Positions 40,101-55,100 of a DNA stretch of 64,000 bases are shown here, in pieces (within the stretch, counting starts at the first letter, position 1; every line of letters begins with the position of its first letter). The notes beneath the pieces are model-generated. The model saw only the letters and a program-made list of their open reading frames with translations. It had not been told where the DNA came from and searched no databases. A program made the position numbers and the translations under genes. Source of the stretch: Styela clava (Eukaryota); contig NC_135261.1 of the NCBI RefSeq assembly GCF_964204865.1, positions 18,104,001 through 18,168,000 on the forward strand, read 5' to 3'.

Positions 40101-43100
40101 TTGTACAGCTCATGTTGGTTAGAGTTACTTGCTAACTTACTGTTATAAATTGATTGCAAAAGAAATGTAAGCGATTAGGGAAGGGTATACGAGGGAGAAG
40201 TGCAAAAGATTCCATTCCCGAGAATTTTTAGTGTCTTAAAAACTTTGCAACTGCATTACTCTCCATGTTTTCATCTAAATATGCTTGTGAATCTCTGTTC
40301 TCAGTTATGGACTTTATTGAGTCTCGTAACAGGAGAAGCCTGAGAGATGAAATCAGTAGTTCGTGTATTTCTTTGAAAGTTACAAAATATACCAAATGTA
40401 AAATCTCTATCAGCGGTAATGCAGCAGAAGTCTCACTGATATAGAATAAGAAAATTAATAAAATCTATTTGTTGAACTGATATTTTCCAGGATATTGAAT
40501 CTGTCTGTACATTTTTAAAAGGTTTATTATTGTGTATTTTTGCTTTGAAAGTAGCTAAGCATTGTTTTCAATTTTGGTCGGCACGCGGAAGAATTTTGTC
40601 TTTAAATTTAGTCGATTTTGGCACGCGAGCCGAAAAAAGGTGGCTATCCCCTGTCATAGGTGCTTATTAAAACAGGGGTCGCTATTTAACAACGTCTTTA
40701 TGACGTCATACATAACGAAGTTAAAAAGACTTGTCTTGGAAAGCTTCTGAAATTCTACTTCGAATAAGGTTTTATTATCATAGCTTTTTGAAAGTAAATT
40801 TGAGACCAAAAAAGAATGGGGCGGTGAACAAGCCTCCATCACACCTATTTTATATTTTAAATGAACATGCAAAGTAAAAGAGAGTTTGTTTTTTTGGGCT
40901 TTTCGCATTTGTAGACGATGTACATGTTCCCAATACCACACCGGATAAGCTCCACAAATTTTTCTTGAAAAAGAATCGAAAAGACGATTTAAGGAGAAAA
41001 AGCCAAACGAAAATGAGTACAATCAGTCGAAACTCTTAATATGTAATTATAATTGACATTTTTTTGTAAAGTATGGTATTAACTCATTGTCTTAAGATTG
41101 TGGTAGTCTGCAGTTTTTTGTTTAAAACAAACTAAATTTATCAGTTATATTTTGTAGTATTTCTCTTTTTTGTTAGAATTAGTTATAACAGATTACATAC
41201 AAGAAAATATTGCCTAATTTACAGTTTTTGACTTTTTTAACAATTGTTTTTGTTGCCGATTTACTTTTTAACATCTTTTTAGTTTGTTGTGTTCATTTCC
41301 ACGGCCACATATAATCCACGTGTATATTACGAATGGGACACGCTCGGCCAAGTATTATTTATTTTAAACATATATTATCTCAAAACGTCATTTCGACTGA
41401 TTGCTCTACAAATTCCTAACGTAATTAGAGATGGTAAGATTTACGGTATTAACTTGTTTTTTTTCGATTTCGCAAGAAAAATCTGTACAAAAACACAAAA
41501 ATGGGTTTCAGTGGATTGGGTTTCGTAGAATACATCCGACACCAAAAGTACACGCTTGTAAAATTGAAGAGAACAACTTCAAATTGATGTACTTAAACCT
41601 GTTCCAAGAAAAGCATAATAGGAGGTCCTTTGTTTAATTTTTTTTCGTTTTTAAAAAATTTACTCATTCTGTTAATATTTTATTATTTCTTAAATTTTTC
41701 GCGATTTTTTTATACGACATTTATTCGTGCTTTTTGCTTCGAATAGGGCGATGAACCCTGATATCTGACAGAACTCGAGATGCGTACCAACACAGTCTAA
41801 CGCCCAAACAGCGCCGCCATTATTCAGCCAATTTAATATTTCAAGACATTATGGTATAACATTTTTCGATTAACGATGGAATAATTAGAATAAAACTTAG
41901 ACTATATAATCGTATCACTGAAAACATTATTTAAATTGTATTTACTTTTATCTGTATATATTCATTCTTTCCCGTCTCCATCAAACAGAACGCGAAAGAA
42001 TCTGTTGTAGGCTGAGAGAAAGGGGATCATTTTGCCTGGTCCAGATTTTTGTAAATACGTGTTTTCAATACTGAAACAAATGACATTTTTACAACCAAAA
42101 ACCATTTTTAAAATCCGACACTATTATGCAAAGCATTCCACATACATGTGAAATACCTGTATTGTACTTTTGCAATAGGTAAGAACACTCATTGAATGAA
42201 TATTATTAATAGGTGTAGCGTCTAACACACCCCGGGTGGGCAAAAGTGTTTATTTTTTTGTGAAAAGTACGTAATTTTTTCAAAAGTTAACATCTCCTTC
42301 AGTTAGAATTTAATATGTAAAATATCCCAAATTAGGGATTTTAAATAAATATATTAGATGAAAAAGTAAAAAAATAGATAGTTTAGATATTTTGAATAAA
42401 GTTTGAAGCTAAATTTTGTATGTAAGTATGAAAATTTTTTACAGCTTTCTCCAAGAGCGAGGTACCACACAAAATGCTTTGGCGGTACACGGGACGTAGT
42501 CTGCCCATCCCTTGTTTATACCTATATCAAACCATTTTTTTGTATTTTGAACACACGTAGACATTGGGCCTTAATTACGCTTGTATTCGAGTTGAATTTA
42601 AACATTTTTATTCTTTTTTACCTTAAAAATAACTATTTTATGTTATGTTTATTTATTTGAATTCAAATATCACAAAAAAATGTGAAGAAAATATTTCCAA
42701 GAAAATCTTGTTTTTTTTTATCCTTCGAAAGTACTTTACGTTTCCGGTTACATTTGTCAAGTAAATCCGGAAAAAATGTCACAAAAACAAAATTTAAAAT
42801 GCTTGTGAAAACCTGCAAACGAAACTGTTTGGATTAGTGTTTACTTTAAGCCTGCTTGTACCTGTAATCAATTACTGGAAAAGTGGCTTATTTTGGTCAA
42901 ATTTATACGAACAATGTTACAAATCTAGCAAAATGCTACGCTGTAACTTAGATAAAAGGATTGTTGTTCTGATATTACGTCTGTACGAGATGATATGAAT
43001 ACAAAAAAAAAAGAAAAATACTTCTGTAATGATCTTTTATGATATTTATGATGTAAATGGACAGCTTCCATAAAGAGCATATGTTTATTGCAGGTCCTAT

Positions 43101-46100
43101 TATCCATGGTACGAAAAGTCCAATATTTATGGCTTCGCTGGGTTATGCATTTTAGAATGTTTAACATATATTTATGCATTCCAATAACATAATTTTGAAT
43201 AATTTATTATTTAACCCGGAAAATATATCGTAATGAAAGGCAAAAATTTCATAAATATGAAAACTATCTATAATATGATCATTTCAAAGAAATGGGCGTT
43301 TTCAGTTGACAGTTCAACTGAGCAAAAATAGATGTATCGCAGCATTAATATTTTAGAAGAACCTGACTTTCGGGGAATTTCCTACCAATGTAATTCTCCC
43401 TTATTGCGGGAAATCTACTATAAGAAATACTATAAATATTAAAAAGCATGGAAAATTTTGTTTTTCTAAAAAAAGTTGTTTGTTAGGCAATTCTATCTCT
43501 TATCTCAGAAACTCCCGTGCCCACCCCTTTTGTTTGCCTTACACCCACGTGGACCCAATAACAAATATGAAGCCGTGCCTACTTTCGTAGTAATATTTTG
43601 CCTGACATGGCGGGAAATATATTACTACATTCGTCATCGTAAAAGAATTTATGAATGACTCAATTTGAGGAGCGTAAACTACGCAAACAAAAAGGACTGC
43701 GATTTCCAAGCACACACATTTATACTAGGCCGGCCATGCTACATGTATAAACCAGGGTATATGGAGCAATATTATATGATCGCCTTGTTCGTAATTCGTT
43801 GTAAAGGTTTTTTTCAAATCGTATCACTGTAATGAACATACATCAAGGTTGGCCATTGGAAACTACAAGCTGTAAAGCAAACTTTATCTCTGGCCTATGA
43901 TGTATATACAGCGCGGTGTGTACATAGAACGTTCCATCTAACGTAGTAAACAAGTACCGGTACAAACGATGTTTTTCAAATGATAAAGTACCTTCTTCGT
44001 TATTGAGTGGAATAAAGAAAAATACAATGAGATTTGCATTCTAGAATATTGTTTGTCAAATTCATACCCCACAATTGTAAACGATTGATAATTAAACTTG
44101 TTCGGAATATAGCGGGTTTCGTGAGTCTGTTTTGAATGGTTTCGACGTTCTCAATATGAAGATATCGTTTTCGGAAAATACAATTTCCTTGCTAGTATTC
44201 TTATTAACCAACGTCATCCAGCCATTGAATAGCTCAGGGATGAGCGATTAAATTTACATATTATGCTGGTACAACCGTGTTTCTCCGAAAATAAGACCGA
44301 GCCTGAATTCCGAAATGATTTCAATATAAGCCCTCCACTTGAACTGAGCTCTCCTCTTAAAATAGGACCTAGTCGATAGCGCGAAATTTTAAATAAAAAC
44401 GTGTTATTTATAAGTAAATGGATATCGGTTTTCATATTTTGTATATTTGAGAATCTCGTAGTTCTCTATTTTATAATTTTGTTTTTGATAAATAAAATAA
44501 AAGACATCCCCCAAAATGAGTTATTTTCGAAAGAAGATTGATCTCTGAACGTCGATCATAAATGGGACTCGCCTCCTGAGTGCGATATATCATTCGCACA
44601 TGCGTGGGCGAAGTACGTTTTTCAATTTACATGTAATGATCGAAAACACGAATCGTAAATAATGCTTTATTGATTAATATGCCACCAACAGTTATTAAAA
44701 CAGTCTATTGTAGAAAAATAGCATTTTGAGTAATGCAACAATATGGAAAATCAATCATACATAATATATAGTCTTGCATTGTATAAATATATCTGCTTTG
44801 AGACCCTTAATAACCACAGAAGAGGCAGTATAATTCGATGATGCGTAAATACGATAACGGATTTATAGGATAATTGGATTATAATACAGTGTGTAGGGCT
44901 TTTCAAGATTTTGAAGTGTCGCTGAAACATTGTATTTAATATATACTCGAGCATATTATCGCATAATACATTGTCTTAATGGGCTATATTCAAAATATAT
45001 ATATTTTATTAAAAGTGTTTTACTGGAATTTCGCAGTAATGATTTCAAAAACGACTTTTACAGCATTTTGTCCTGCGGATTGTCCTAATGCCTGCATGAA
45101 TGGGAAGTGTATATGCCACGAACAATGCCTAGCGGGATGTCTGTCTCCAAATAACGCATCGTCGTGCCTTGCCTGTCTCCACAAGTCCCACAATGGCGTG
45201 TGTGTACCGGATTGCCCACCAAACACATTTTTGGTAAATACGTTTTTATTAAATATATTAATTTATATAATTATTTAGTGAATTAAGACGTCAATGATAA
45301 CGTCATCAAATAAGCGACGTTGCACCTTAAATAAATACCTATTTTTTTTTTATAAAGGAAAACAATTGGAGATGTGTGACGCGGGAATGGTGCCTTGACA
45401 TGACTTGGGTGCCACATGAAGGCAAATGCATTTATCAATGTCCTCCGGACCATATAGAAGTTGGTGATGAAATTCAGGGATATTATTGCAAATTTTGTGG
45501 AAAACACTGCGGACACAGTAAGAAGAATTTTGTTTTATATATATATTATCATTTATAGTTATTTTTGAGGAATTCACTAATACTCAGAGATTTATATATT
45601 GCCGTTTTAGGATTAGTTTAGCTCAAAAAGTTTGAGAACCACCGCTCTAGAATATGTTCCATATGACCAGGTTTTGGCTTCTGGGCTACCTTGTACCATG
45701 CTCTATATGGGATTACTGTATTTCTAATTACATCCATTACATTCAGATTGTAAAGATCCAGAATACAGTTTAACCGATTTGACATCGATAAAAAGTATAT
45801 ACGGATGCACCAAAATTCCTGGTCGTTTGGAACTCAAGATTGTCGGTGGAGGTATGTGAATACTTCAATTTAAATATTATAAGTTATTACTAACCTTTTT
45901 AATGCATTCTTCGCTTTTTTATTATTTTGTAACTCTTTATTCTCCCATTACTACGCATAAAATCTCTGTTTCTAAATGATGTTGTTCAATTTTTAATTAA
46001 TCATTAGCGAGTGTTATGTGAACTCTGGGTAAAGGCTTTTAAATTGTCAAATGCAGTTCAATCTGATAAGATAATATTTGTTATTATGAATCCACAATGC

Positions 46101-49100
46101 GAATTCGCTTACTTGGCTGATTATTTATTTTCACTTGAAGTCATTGCCAGTGGCTCGTGTTAATTTCGTTATTTAGTGAATACCAATTCAGCAAATGTAT
46201 ACAAAAATGTTATACAATCGGCATTGCGATTAAACTTTTGAATTCGTACGGAATTCTAAGAATTTTTATATGCAACATTGCATATGTAGTAATTATATGT
46301 TAAGAATGAATAAGGACCCATTTAAAATGAATGTATAAACTGAACGCACCGGGATTGCATTTGCTTGATATAAGAGTTAATGAGTGCTGATTAAAGTCTA
46401 TGACTTAATCAATAGGAACTTATGTTTATTTTCATGACAGAGATATAAGCAGAAAAGGATAGGAAACTTAGAATAATTACAAGTCAGATTTATCAGAAAG
46501 ACAGCTGAAAAATTTCTATATTTTAAATGTTTTATGAACTTTCAGTATGGAAATTTCGTTGGGGGGGAAATGGCGACTATTCTTGTACAACAACCAAAAC
46601 TTTCATCACTTATTTTTTTTTCCAGACGATCTTCTGAAGTTACTGGAAGAAGTACTTCTCGGTATAGAAGAAGTTGGATCACTCGTCATCCAGAAAACCG
46701 AAATTCTTGTTTCTTTGGATTTTTTTCGAAACCTCAAAAGAATCACGGGAGCTTCTCATGCATTGAAGGATGAGTATGTGATTTTAATTTGAGTTTTGTA
46801 GACGTACTCTGAAATTATTTACTCACACTCACTCAAGAATGAGGAATTGTACTCGCAGAAAATGCTAATAATACAAGATACGTTTTCTAACATATAAAGG
46901 CTTTAGTGTTACTTTCAAGCTTTGTCGAATTCAAGATAACTTTAATCTATATTGCAACGCATACGTATAGACGGTAACATGAAATACCAATTCAAATGCA
47001 CACGCAATGCTAAATAAGTGAATTTGAATCGGATCTCAAAAATTCAATTCTAATTGGAGAATTTCGTTGTTTCATTGCTGAAAACAGATTTCGAAATAGA
47101 CGAAAAACTAATATAATTGAAAACTATATTAAATCAAATAAAAAAAAATGGAGAACTTAGTAATGGTAGATAAATTGAAATAATATGTAAAACCGACTTT
47201 TGCAGTAGAGTATATATTAAATATCATCATATATGTTCCATACATGATACGTTACTGGATATAAATTTTGACATATAAAATTCAACTTTTTCAGCACATA
47301 CAGTTTGTACGTTCTGGACAATCAAAATTTACGCGAATTATTTCCAACGAGAAATACAACTTCGAAATCGAATTCTACCGTGACACAACCTTTGTCGATT
47401 GATGGAGGAAAGGCATTCTTTCATTTCAATCCTCGATTATGTGTGAGAGAAATTGAGAAAGTCAGTGACTTGACAGCCGAAGTAGAAGACGACAAAGACA
47501 TCAGCGAGACGACAAACGGAGATAGAGCGACTTGTGAGCCTTTTAAACTTTTTATCAAGATTTCGAAATGATACTTCAACTCAGTGGTGTGCAACATATG
47601 GCCCGCGGGCCAAATGCGTCGCACATGGTCAAATTGCGCAGCCCGCGGAGATATGCCAATTTTGGATTCTGTACGCCCGGGAATTTTAGAGTAATCCATG
47701 CGAGTAATTCCAATCTTTTAGCGTCGCAAGAACAATATCTGTGTCCAATTTATTATCTATGGGTATGACGTTACAATGCCCTTGTGCGAAGCGTACAACA
47801 CGTGTCATAAGATACATAATTTGTATTTGAGAAATCCTCCTTTAAATATGGTTCTCCTTAATTTTAGGTGACATGATTCCACTCAACATTATTGACATTG
47901 AACACATGCCTTATATGGGAGTTGCTGCTTTCGCTACAGCGAGAGTAAAATGGGAGAAGGTTGCTATTAGCGACCCACGTACTTTAATTGGATATCAAGT
48001 ATTCTACAGAGAATCGTAAGCATATACATTTTGTTAGTCACTTAGTTTATAATAATTTTAGATTTAAAAAAAGTCATGTGATGGCATTGGCTGTTAGTAG
48101 GGGTATTCGTTAGTGAGTATGTAGCAGGAATGAATTATTATGACGTCATTTTTTTTAGTTTCAAGTGTGCCTAAAATAGCCTAAATGCTAACAAAAATGG
48201 GCACTTTTTTTTATAACTCCGTTGACGAATGAGTAAAAAGTAAATTGTCTTTGTATTAAATAGTATCAAGTTAATTGTTTATACTTTCGCTCAATATTAA
48301 AATTCTTCATATTTAGTTATATACAAAGCTGTTTGCTTTCAGACTTTTTACTTACCGCTCACTATTAGGATAAAACTAGACTGTGTTACAAAAAAATAAT
48401 AATTTAATTTGTTTCTATAATAGAAACGATAATACTTTTCGTTTTCTGTTTCAATTTCAGGAAATACAAAAATGCAACAAGATTTGAAGGTCTATATGCA
48501 TGTGGAAAATCGAGGTAAGAATCTTGCGAAAATTGTTTTAAATTTATTGTTATCTCCTACCAAGGTCCTGAACAAGACTAATAAAACTGTCATATGACTA
48601 ATAATTACCATTAACACAAATCACTATTGAGCGAGAGATATTATGATGGCGAATTCACCTTGATTATCCACATTCTACAGTGTGCACGTCATACAAATTA
48701 ACTTAATGCCATGTTTTTAATTGGTCAATGCGCTCTCTTCTCGAAGTTACATATAAATGATTGTCCTATCATCCATTACGTACATAATAATAATCATTAT
48801 TTTGTTCCGATTTCTTTACAATTCCTTATTGTACTTTACAGTAGTTGGCTCATAAAAGACAAGTTGGTGAATCCCCAGGATTTCCATTTTAATATCACCG
48901 ACGCAGTATTGCATAACCTGAAGCCTTTCACGCAATACGCACTTTACGTAAGAACGTACATGACGTCAACGGCACAAAAAGGAGCTCAATCTGAAATTAT
49001 TTATTTCATGACAGAACCCAGTAGTAAGTTCGTTTTCATTTTTTGAATTATCTTTTCCGCAGATGAATTTTGACTACCGGTACCTTCGCCACTGCTTCTT

Positions 49101-52100
49101 TATGTCCTCTCCATCTTATGAATCTCATTCTCACGTTTTTTATTTTCTCTTATCTGTCAATTTTTTTTCTCGTTTATAATATGACGTTTTTCATTGTCTC
49201 TGAAAAATTTCGTGCTTTCAATGACGTCACAATAAATTTAATTGCATTTGGTTCATTGTCCGATACTGAGAAAAGCTTATTACTTACTTATTCGCAACTC
49301 AAATTCAATTTAATCGGTCTTAATTACTTTCAGAACCCTCCGAGCCAGTTGACTTGATCGCTACTGCATTGAATACATCTGCAATATTTGTGGAATGGAA
49401 ACCTCCCACATATCCTAATGGAAACCTAACCCATTACTTCGTCAGATGGAGAAGGCAGAAGGAAGACATGGAATTGATTCTAAGTGTGGACATGTGCTTA
49501 TCCGGTAGGTAGAACATGTTTCGTGTTTCAGTGATGTAATCGGACCCACCACTTAGTGTCACGTGACTCGATACAATATAAACTCTACCTGAGAAAAAGA
49601 TTCTTAATAGTTGTTTCTCACCCGCAGACATTTTAAAACGAAAGAGTGAAATACTTCTCAGAATATGAATAGAAAATACTCGCATATCTTATGATTAGTT
49701 AACATTATTCACAAACATTAGTTGTCACTTACATATCATAAAAGAAAGTTATAATAGTCATATTATGGTTATACAATTCGTGTGACTGCAGATATAAGTG
49801 AGTCTTGTTCCCTGTGTAGCAATTCCTCGGTTTTATCGAATACTATATTACTATTAAAAATAAGGTGTAAAATGTCGGAATTTATTTTCAGGTAAATCAA
49901 GTTATCCAACCAAGACTTCGAGTTCTATCGACAAACCTGTCGTTGTGCCAACTCAAGCAACATCGTCAGCATCTGGAAAGGTTGTAACACTTTGTTTTCA
50001 TACTTTGGCTCGTTTTTGGTTGGCATATCTCTATCAAAATTATCAAATAATTGTATTTCTGGATTTGAATTATATTTGTCTGAGAAAATAATTTTTTTTT
50101 TGTAAAAATACTATTTTTTATTATTCAGGAATGCTCATGCGAATCGAAAAAAACTTTATCATCTCACGAAGAAGAAGCGAACAACAATTTGAATTTTGAA
50201 AATTTTTTGTTCAAAAGTATTTTCCAAGTGTAAGTTTGTTTTATATTTGTTTTTTATACGACGTATTTGCACACATTTCGCTTTGAACAAGGCTCTGCAC
50301 CGTCACTGCTAGGTACTATACCGCTGTAGTGTGGAAGGATCTGAAATTTTTTGGGTTCGTCATTGACTATACCTAATTCAATATACCCGTTCATTCGTAT
50401 TAGAGAATGCAGTTTAAAAAAAATTTCTGTCTACCAAATGGTCTCAAATATTTTAATAATATTTTGAGAATATCATTTTTTTATTTGTTCAGACGATACA
50501 TTAATATGGATTATGACGATATATATGGAGGAGAACGTAAGAAGCGTTCGTTTTATGACGACACAATGTATCGCGAAAGGTAGATTCATTATTTTATTTT
50601 CATTATTTAATCAAGCTCAATTTTTTTTAAATAGTAAATTGAAAGTATTGTTATATTTTTATTGTGTGGTGAATTCAATAGCATATATATTGAACATTTT
50701 GTTTCTGAGTTCCTAAATCCTGAGTCGTGAGTCAAGTCGAGTCACGAGTCAGACGAGTATCAAGTCGAGTCGAACACTCTAACTCGAGTCGGGTCAATGA
50801 CTCTACTACTGGTGTCAAGTTGAGTCAACTCCAAGTCGAGTCGAGTCAATGAGCCTCCTCGAGCCCCTCCCCTAGCCTCCTCGTGAGTCAAGTCGAGTCA
50901 CGATTCCTACGAGTATCAAGTTGAGTGAACTACTCTAACTCGAATCGAGTCAATAACTCTAGCCTCCTCGTGAGTCAAATTGAATCACAATTCATACAAG
51001 TATCAAGTTGAATCAACTACTCTAACTCGAGTCGAGTCAATGACCTTAGCCTCCTATTTTTGCATACAAACGTATATTTATATTTGCTTTCACCTTTGAA
51101 TTTTAAAAATTGTGTTTAGGTCTGCTGTCATTCAAAATGTTATCCTATTATTTAAATTCTCATTTTCAATTCTAGGAGAAATGTTGTGAATTCGGACACC
51201 AATTCGACAGCAGCAAACGAGACTGGCAATAATGAATGTGAGTATAAACAAAATTTGCGCAGAAAAAGGCAATGAGTAGGGTTACAGTTTTAACTGTATT
51301 CTACTTTTGGGGCGCCTTGTATATATACATTGCATATTGTCAATTATTGTATTGTCATTAAATTTCAATTCCACGCATTTTTAATCAGCATAAAAATCAA
51401 CCAAAATTCTTGTTAATATTATGAAACTTAATATATCTATATTTTTCTATATATCTTTTCGTAACGGTTTTGATTGATTTTCCAACAGGCATTTACGGTC
51501 GATAATTTCTCATAATTAATCCATTTCAGTTTATACCATTCCCGAAGCAACAGCCACAATCCCGAGCAATGCGGAGATAGAATATACCTGGAATTTTGAA
51601 ACAGTATCGGACACAAAGATAACTCTAAATGAGTATGTGAATATTCATTATTATTTTTCTCATTCTGTATTGTTAAGTCTGTCATGAGTTATTTTTACGA
51701 CATGAGTGAGGAACATTGTATATGTGTTCTGTTTGCATAGCCTTTACTGGGCATCTTGGATTATTGGTCAAGAATGCCTGCCTAGTTGTTAGAGCACTAA
51801 ATGTTTCTGTATTGTCATCGCAGATAGAAAAATCTTGAAAAATCTTGAACAATTTCATCTTCGGGGTACTTCATCCAGGATATTGCAAATCGCGATCTGG
51901 AAATCTGTAAACAAAAAACGTAAATAAACACTGATTAGTAAAAAACAGCAACCCGGTTATAATATATTGAGAACTTTATTGAGACAAAATTGAAATTGTA
52001 ACGTGAATTTATGAAAACTTTTTCATTTATTTTGCCACACTGGTGGCTTGTCTAATGAAATTTTACGTTTCCTGAAAGATTAAAATTTGAATTTTCAGTC

Positions 52101-55100
52101 TTCATCATTTTTCTGAATATGAGATACAAGTATTTGCATGTAATCATGCTTCGAATATGTATGGCGGAGGTGGATTTTTAAACGAACATGGATGTAGCAT
52201 CGAATCAATCACCGCACAACGAAGTCAGAGAAAAGCAAGTGCTGACGTCATACCGAAAAATTCGTTCAAGTTGGTTGAACACGAAACAAAGGAACATACA
52301 CAGGTACACATATAAAATACACATATACGGCGTTAATATATAGTTTAATACAATGATTTTATTATTTTTACTACATGAGGAGTTTCCAAAATTGTATTTT
52401 CAGCGTTATTTTCGACATATTTCTCTCCTTACTTATTTTAAATATCTTTATTTTCTCTTACTATGCATAAAAACCTTGTTTCTATTTTTTGCAATGCAAC
52501 TCGTAAATTTATTATGATAATACTAACTGATACTAGTAAAACTACTGCGAATAGAAAGTAATAAAATAAAAAGTATAAAACAAATTTCATTTCTTTCGAT
52601 TTAACAGCAAATGTTTCAATGGGAAGCTCCTCCTGATCCAAACGGTTATATCAAGTTCTATACTATTGAATTCCAAAGGAAATCGGAAGAGGTGAGTAAT
52701 ATGGATGGGGCAGGATTTTAATGATGAAGAAGAGGAAAGCTGATACAATGACTCTATCATATAGCTCGGAGTCAATTTCCCATCTTATATTTGAGCAATT
52801 TAGTGCACGGAGTCCATTTTTCATTCCATATTTGAGCCAATGTGTTGCTCGGATTCAATTTGCCTTTTCATATTTGAATAATGTAGTTCTCGGAGTCAGT
52901 TTTAAATTCTATATTTGAGCAATGGGGTGACAGAAGTCAATTTTTTTATATCATATTCGACCAATGTGGTGGTCGGAGTCAATTTTAAATTTAAACCGGT
53001 AAAATTTTATTTACACAGACGTTCGTCAGCGACAGTGAAGAATGTTTCTCGCTAGACAAATTTATACTAAATAAAGGAAGATTCGCTATTCCCAACAGTC
53101 TTACAGCTGGTACATACCGAGCTCGTGTCATGGCCGCATCGTTAGCTGGGAAAGGCGAATGGACGGACTTTTTGGAGTTTGAAGTCATCGATACTGTTGG
53201 TATTGGACCGAAAAAAAGCGAACAAAACATATGGATTGCGGCTGTTGTTGTTGCGTTTCTAATTGTCTTTTTTACGCTGATGTCAGTTTGCTACTACAGA
53301 AGGAAAAAGTAAGTTTTTTAATTTGTAATTAGGCGTAGCTACAGGGGTGATAAGGTTTTTGGTCCAGGGGCCAAAAAGTTAGCCAACTGGATTGGAGGGT
53401 CATGTAAGTGTGACGTAAAAAGTTACATTTTATGAACAATATTTACAGTGTTACAAAAGTAAATGCGGAAAACAATAAGCCTTGTGCCTAAACATTAATT
53501 TCAATCGCAATATCAACAAATTCCTTGAACAATTTTTCAGCTAAAACATCAAAATTTGGTTTCAGTCAGGTTGTAGCAGCATCAGGTGGGCCAGATTGAA
53601 CTACCCAACGAGCCGGATTTGGCCCGCGGGCCCTAGTTTTCCCATGCGCGATCCATACTTGGCTAGGTTATAAAGGTTTTAAATCTTTTTTTACTCTAGG
53701 AAAGCCGAAGCGCGTAACGCTATGATATATTCATCAGCCAATCCTGAATATGTAAGCTTAGCTGCTAATTATATTCCCGATGGTTATGAAGTTAAAGAAA
53801 GCGATGTTGAACTGGTTAAATTAATCGGTCACGGAAACTTTGGAAAGGTAAAGTAATAGTTCATTAACGACAGGCAATTCGTACTATTTTCATTTTTTCG
53901 GACGCGAAGAAGACATACAGGTCGTTTTGTAAAGATTTTGTTGATCTTGTTCTTGTTGTTGTTAAAAAATCGCTTTTCTTCAAAAATAATAAATTTTAAC
54001 ATTTTCAGTACTTACATAATAGAGAAACACTTTAAAAGACTATTATTTTTATTTTATTTATTTATTTTTTATTTCATTATTCTGAATCCTATGAGGCCTG
54101 GTATTTCACCCCAGCTGACCCCAATTTTTCTGTTTTTGAGTATATTGCGCTGCCTCGTGTGATTACGTTATTCACCGATCTGTTAGGCAAAATTCTGTGC
54201 TCGTCCAAAAACCTTACCGGTACCGTTATCGATTGCTACGGTGGTCGATCGGGAAATGGGCTTCATTTCGATACTCCCGTAGTATGTAAACCAAGATGGT
54301 GGACACCTGAACGTAGTATGTGGCTAGTCCCCGAACTCGTTTTAGAACTAAAATAAGAAAAATCTTGAAAAACTCTAACCTGGTACACACACATACTCCG
54401 TTCCGGTGTCCGCCATCTTGGTTCACATACTACGGCAGTACCTTCATTTCCCTATATTTGAACATTGGTCTCTTGTTTTTCAATCAAATTATGGCCATCT
54501 AACGCTGTATTTGTATTCTACTAAAGGTATTTGTCGGTTTTGCCAAAAAAGTTATCAAAGGCGAGGATAGAACGCAAGTTGCAATTAAAAAGCTTCGTGA
54601 AAAATCAGCTATTCCGAAAAGGTTTGTTACAGATATTATTCTTAAGTTTGAATATTGTTCACGGTTTTAGTCAGCTAAATTGTGTGCTGGATATAATTTA
54701 AGACTAAAAATGGCGACTTATTGTTTTAGAATCGAGTTCCTGGAGGAAGCTAAACTGATGAAAGCATTCAATGCTACTCACGTCGTTCGTCTGCTAGGCG
54801 TTGTATCACAAACACAAGACCCGATGGTTATTATGGAATATATGGAACGAGGAGATTTGAAATCACATTTGAGGTCAAGAAGAGAAGAAGTTGAGGTAGG
54901 TGTTTTTATATCTGGGATATTTTTTACATTCCGAACGAGACACTGCATAATTAGTTACTAGGCGACTTCCCGACCTTTGACCCCGGAAAAATGTTTCCTA
55001 TACTTTACCATTGCAAAACTTTTGATGCTTATTTTGAGAGTATTTTCGTGAGTTGGTGCTTACACTTAGGTAACAAGTTTCATCACAATAATCTTAATTC

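Noticed and set aside
50721-51055. CRISPR-like array
   Set aside because: Eukaryotic intron with degenerate tandem units and no unique spacers
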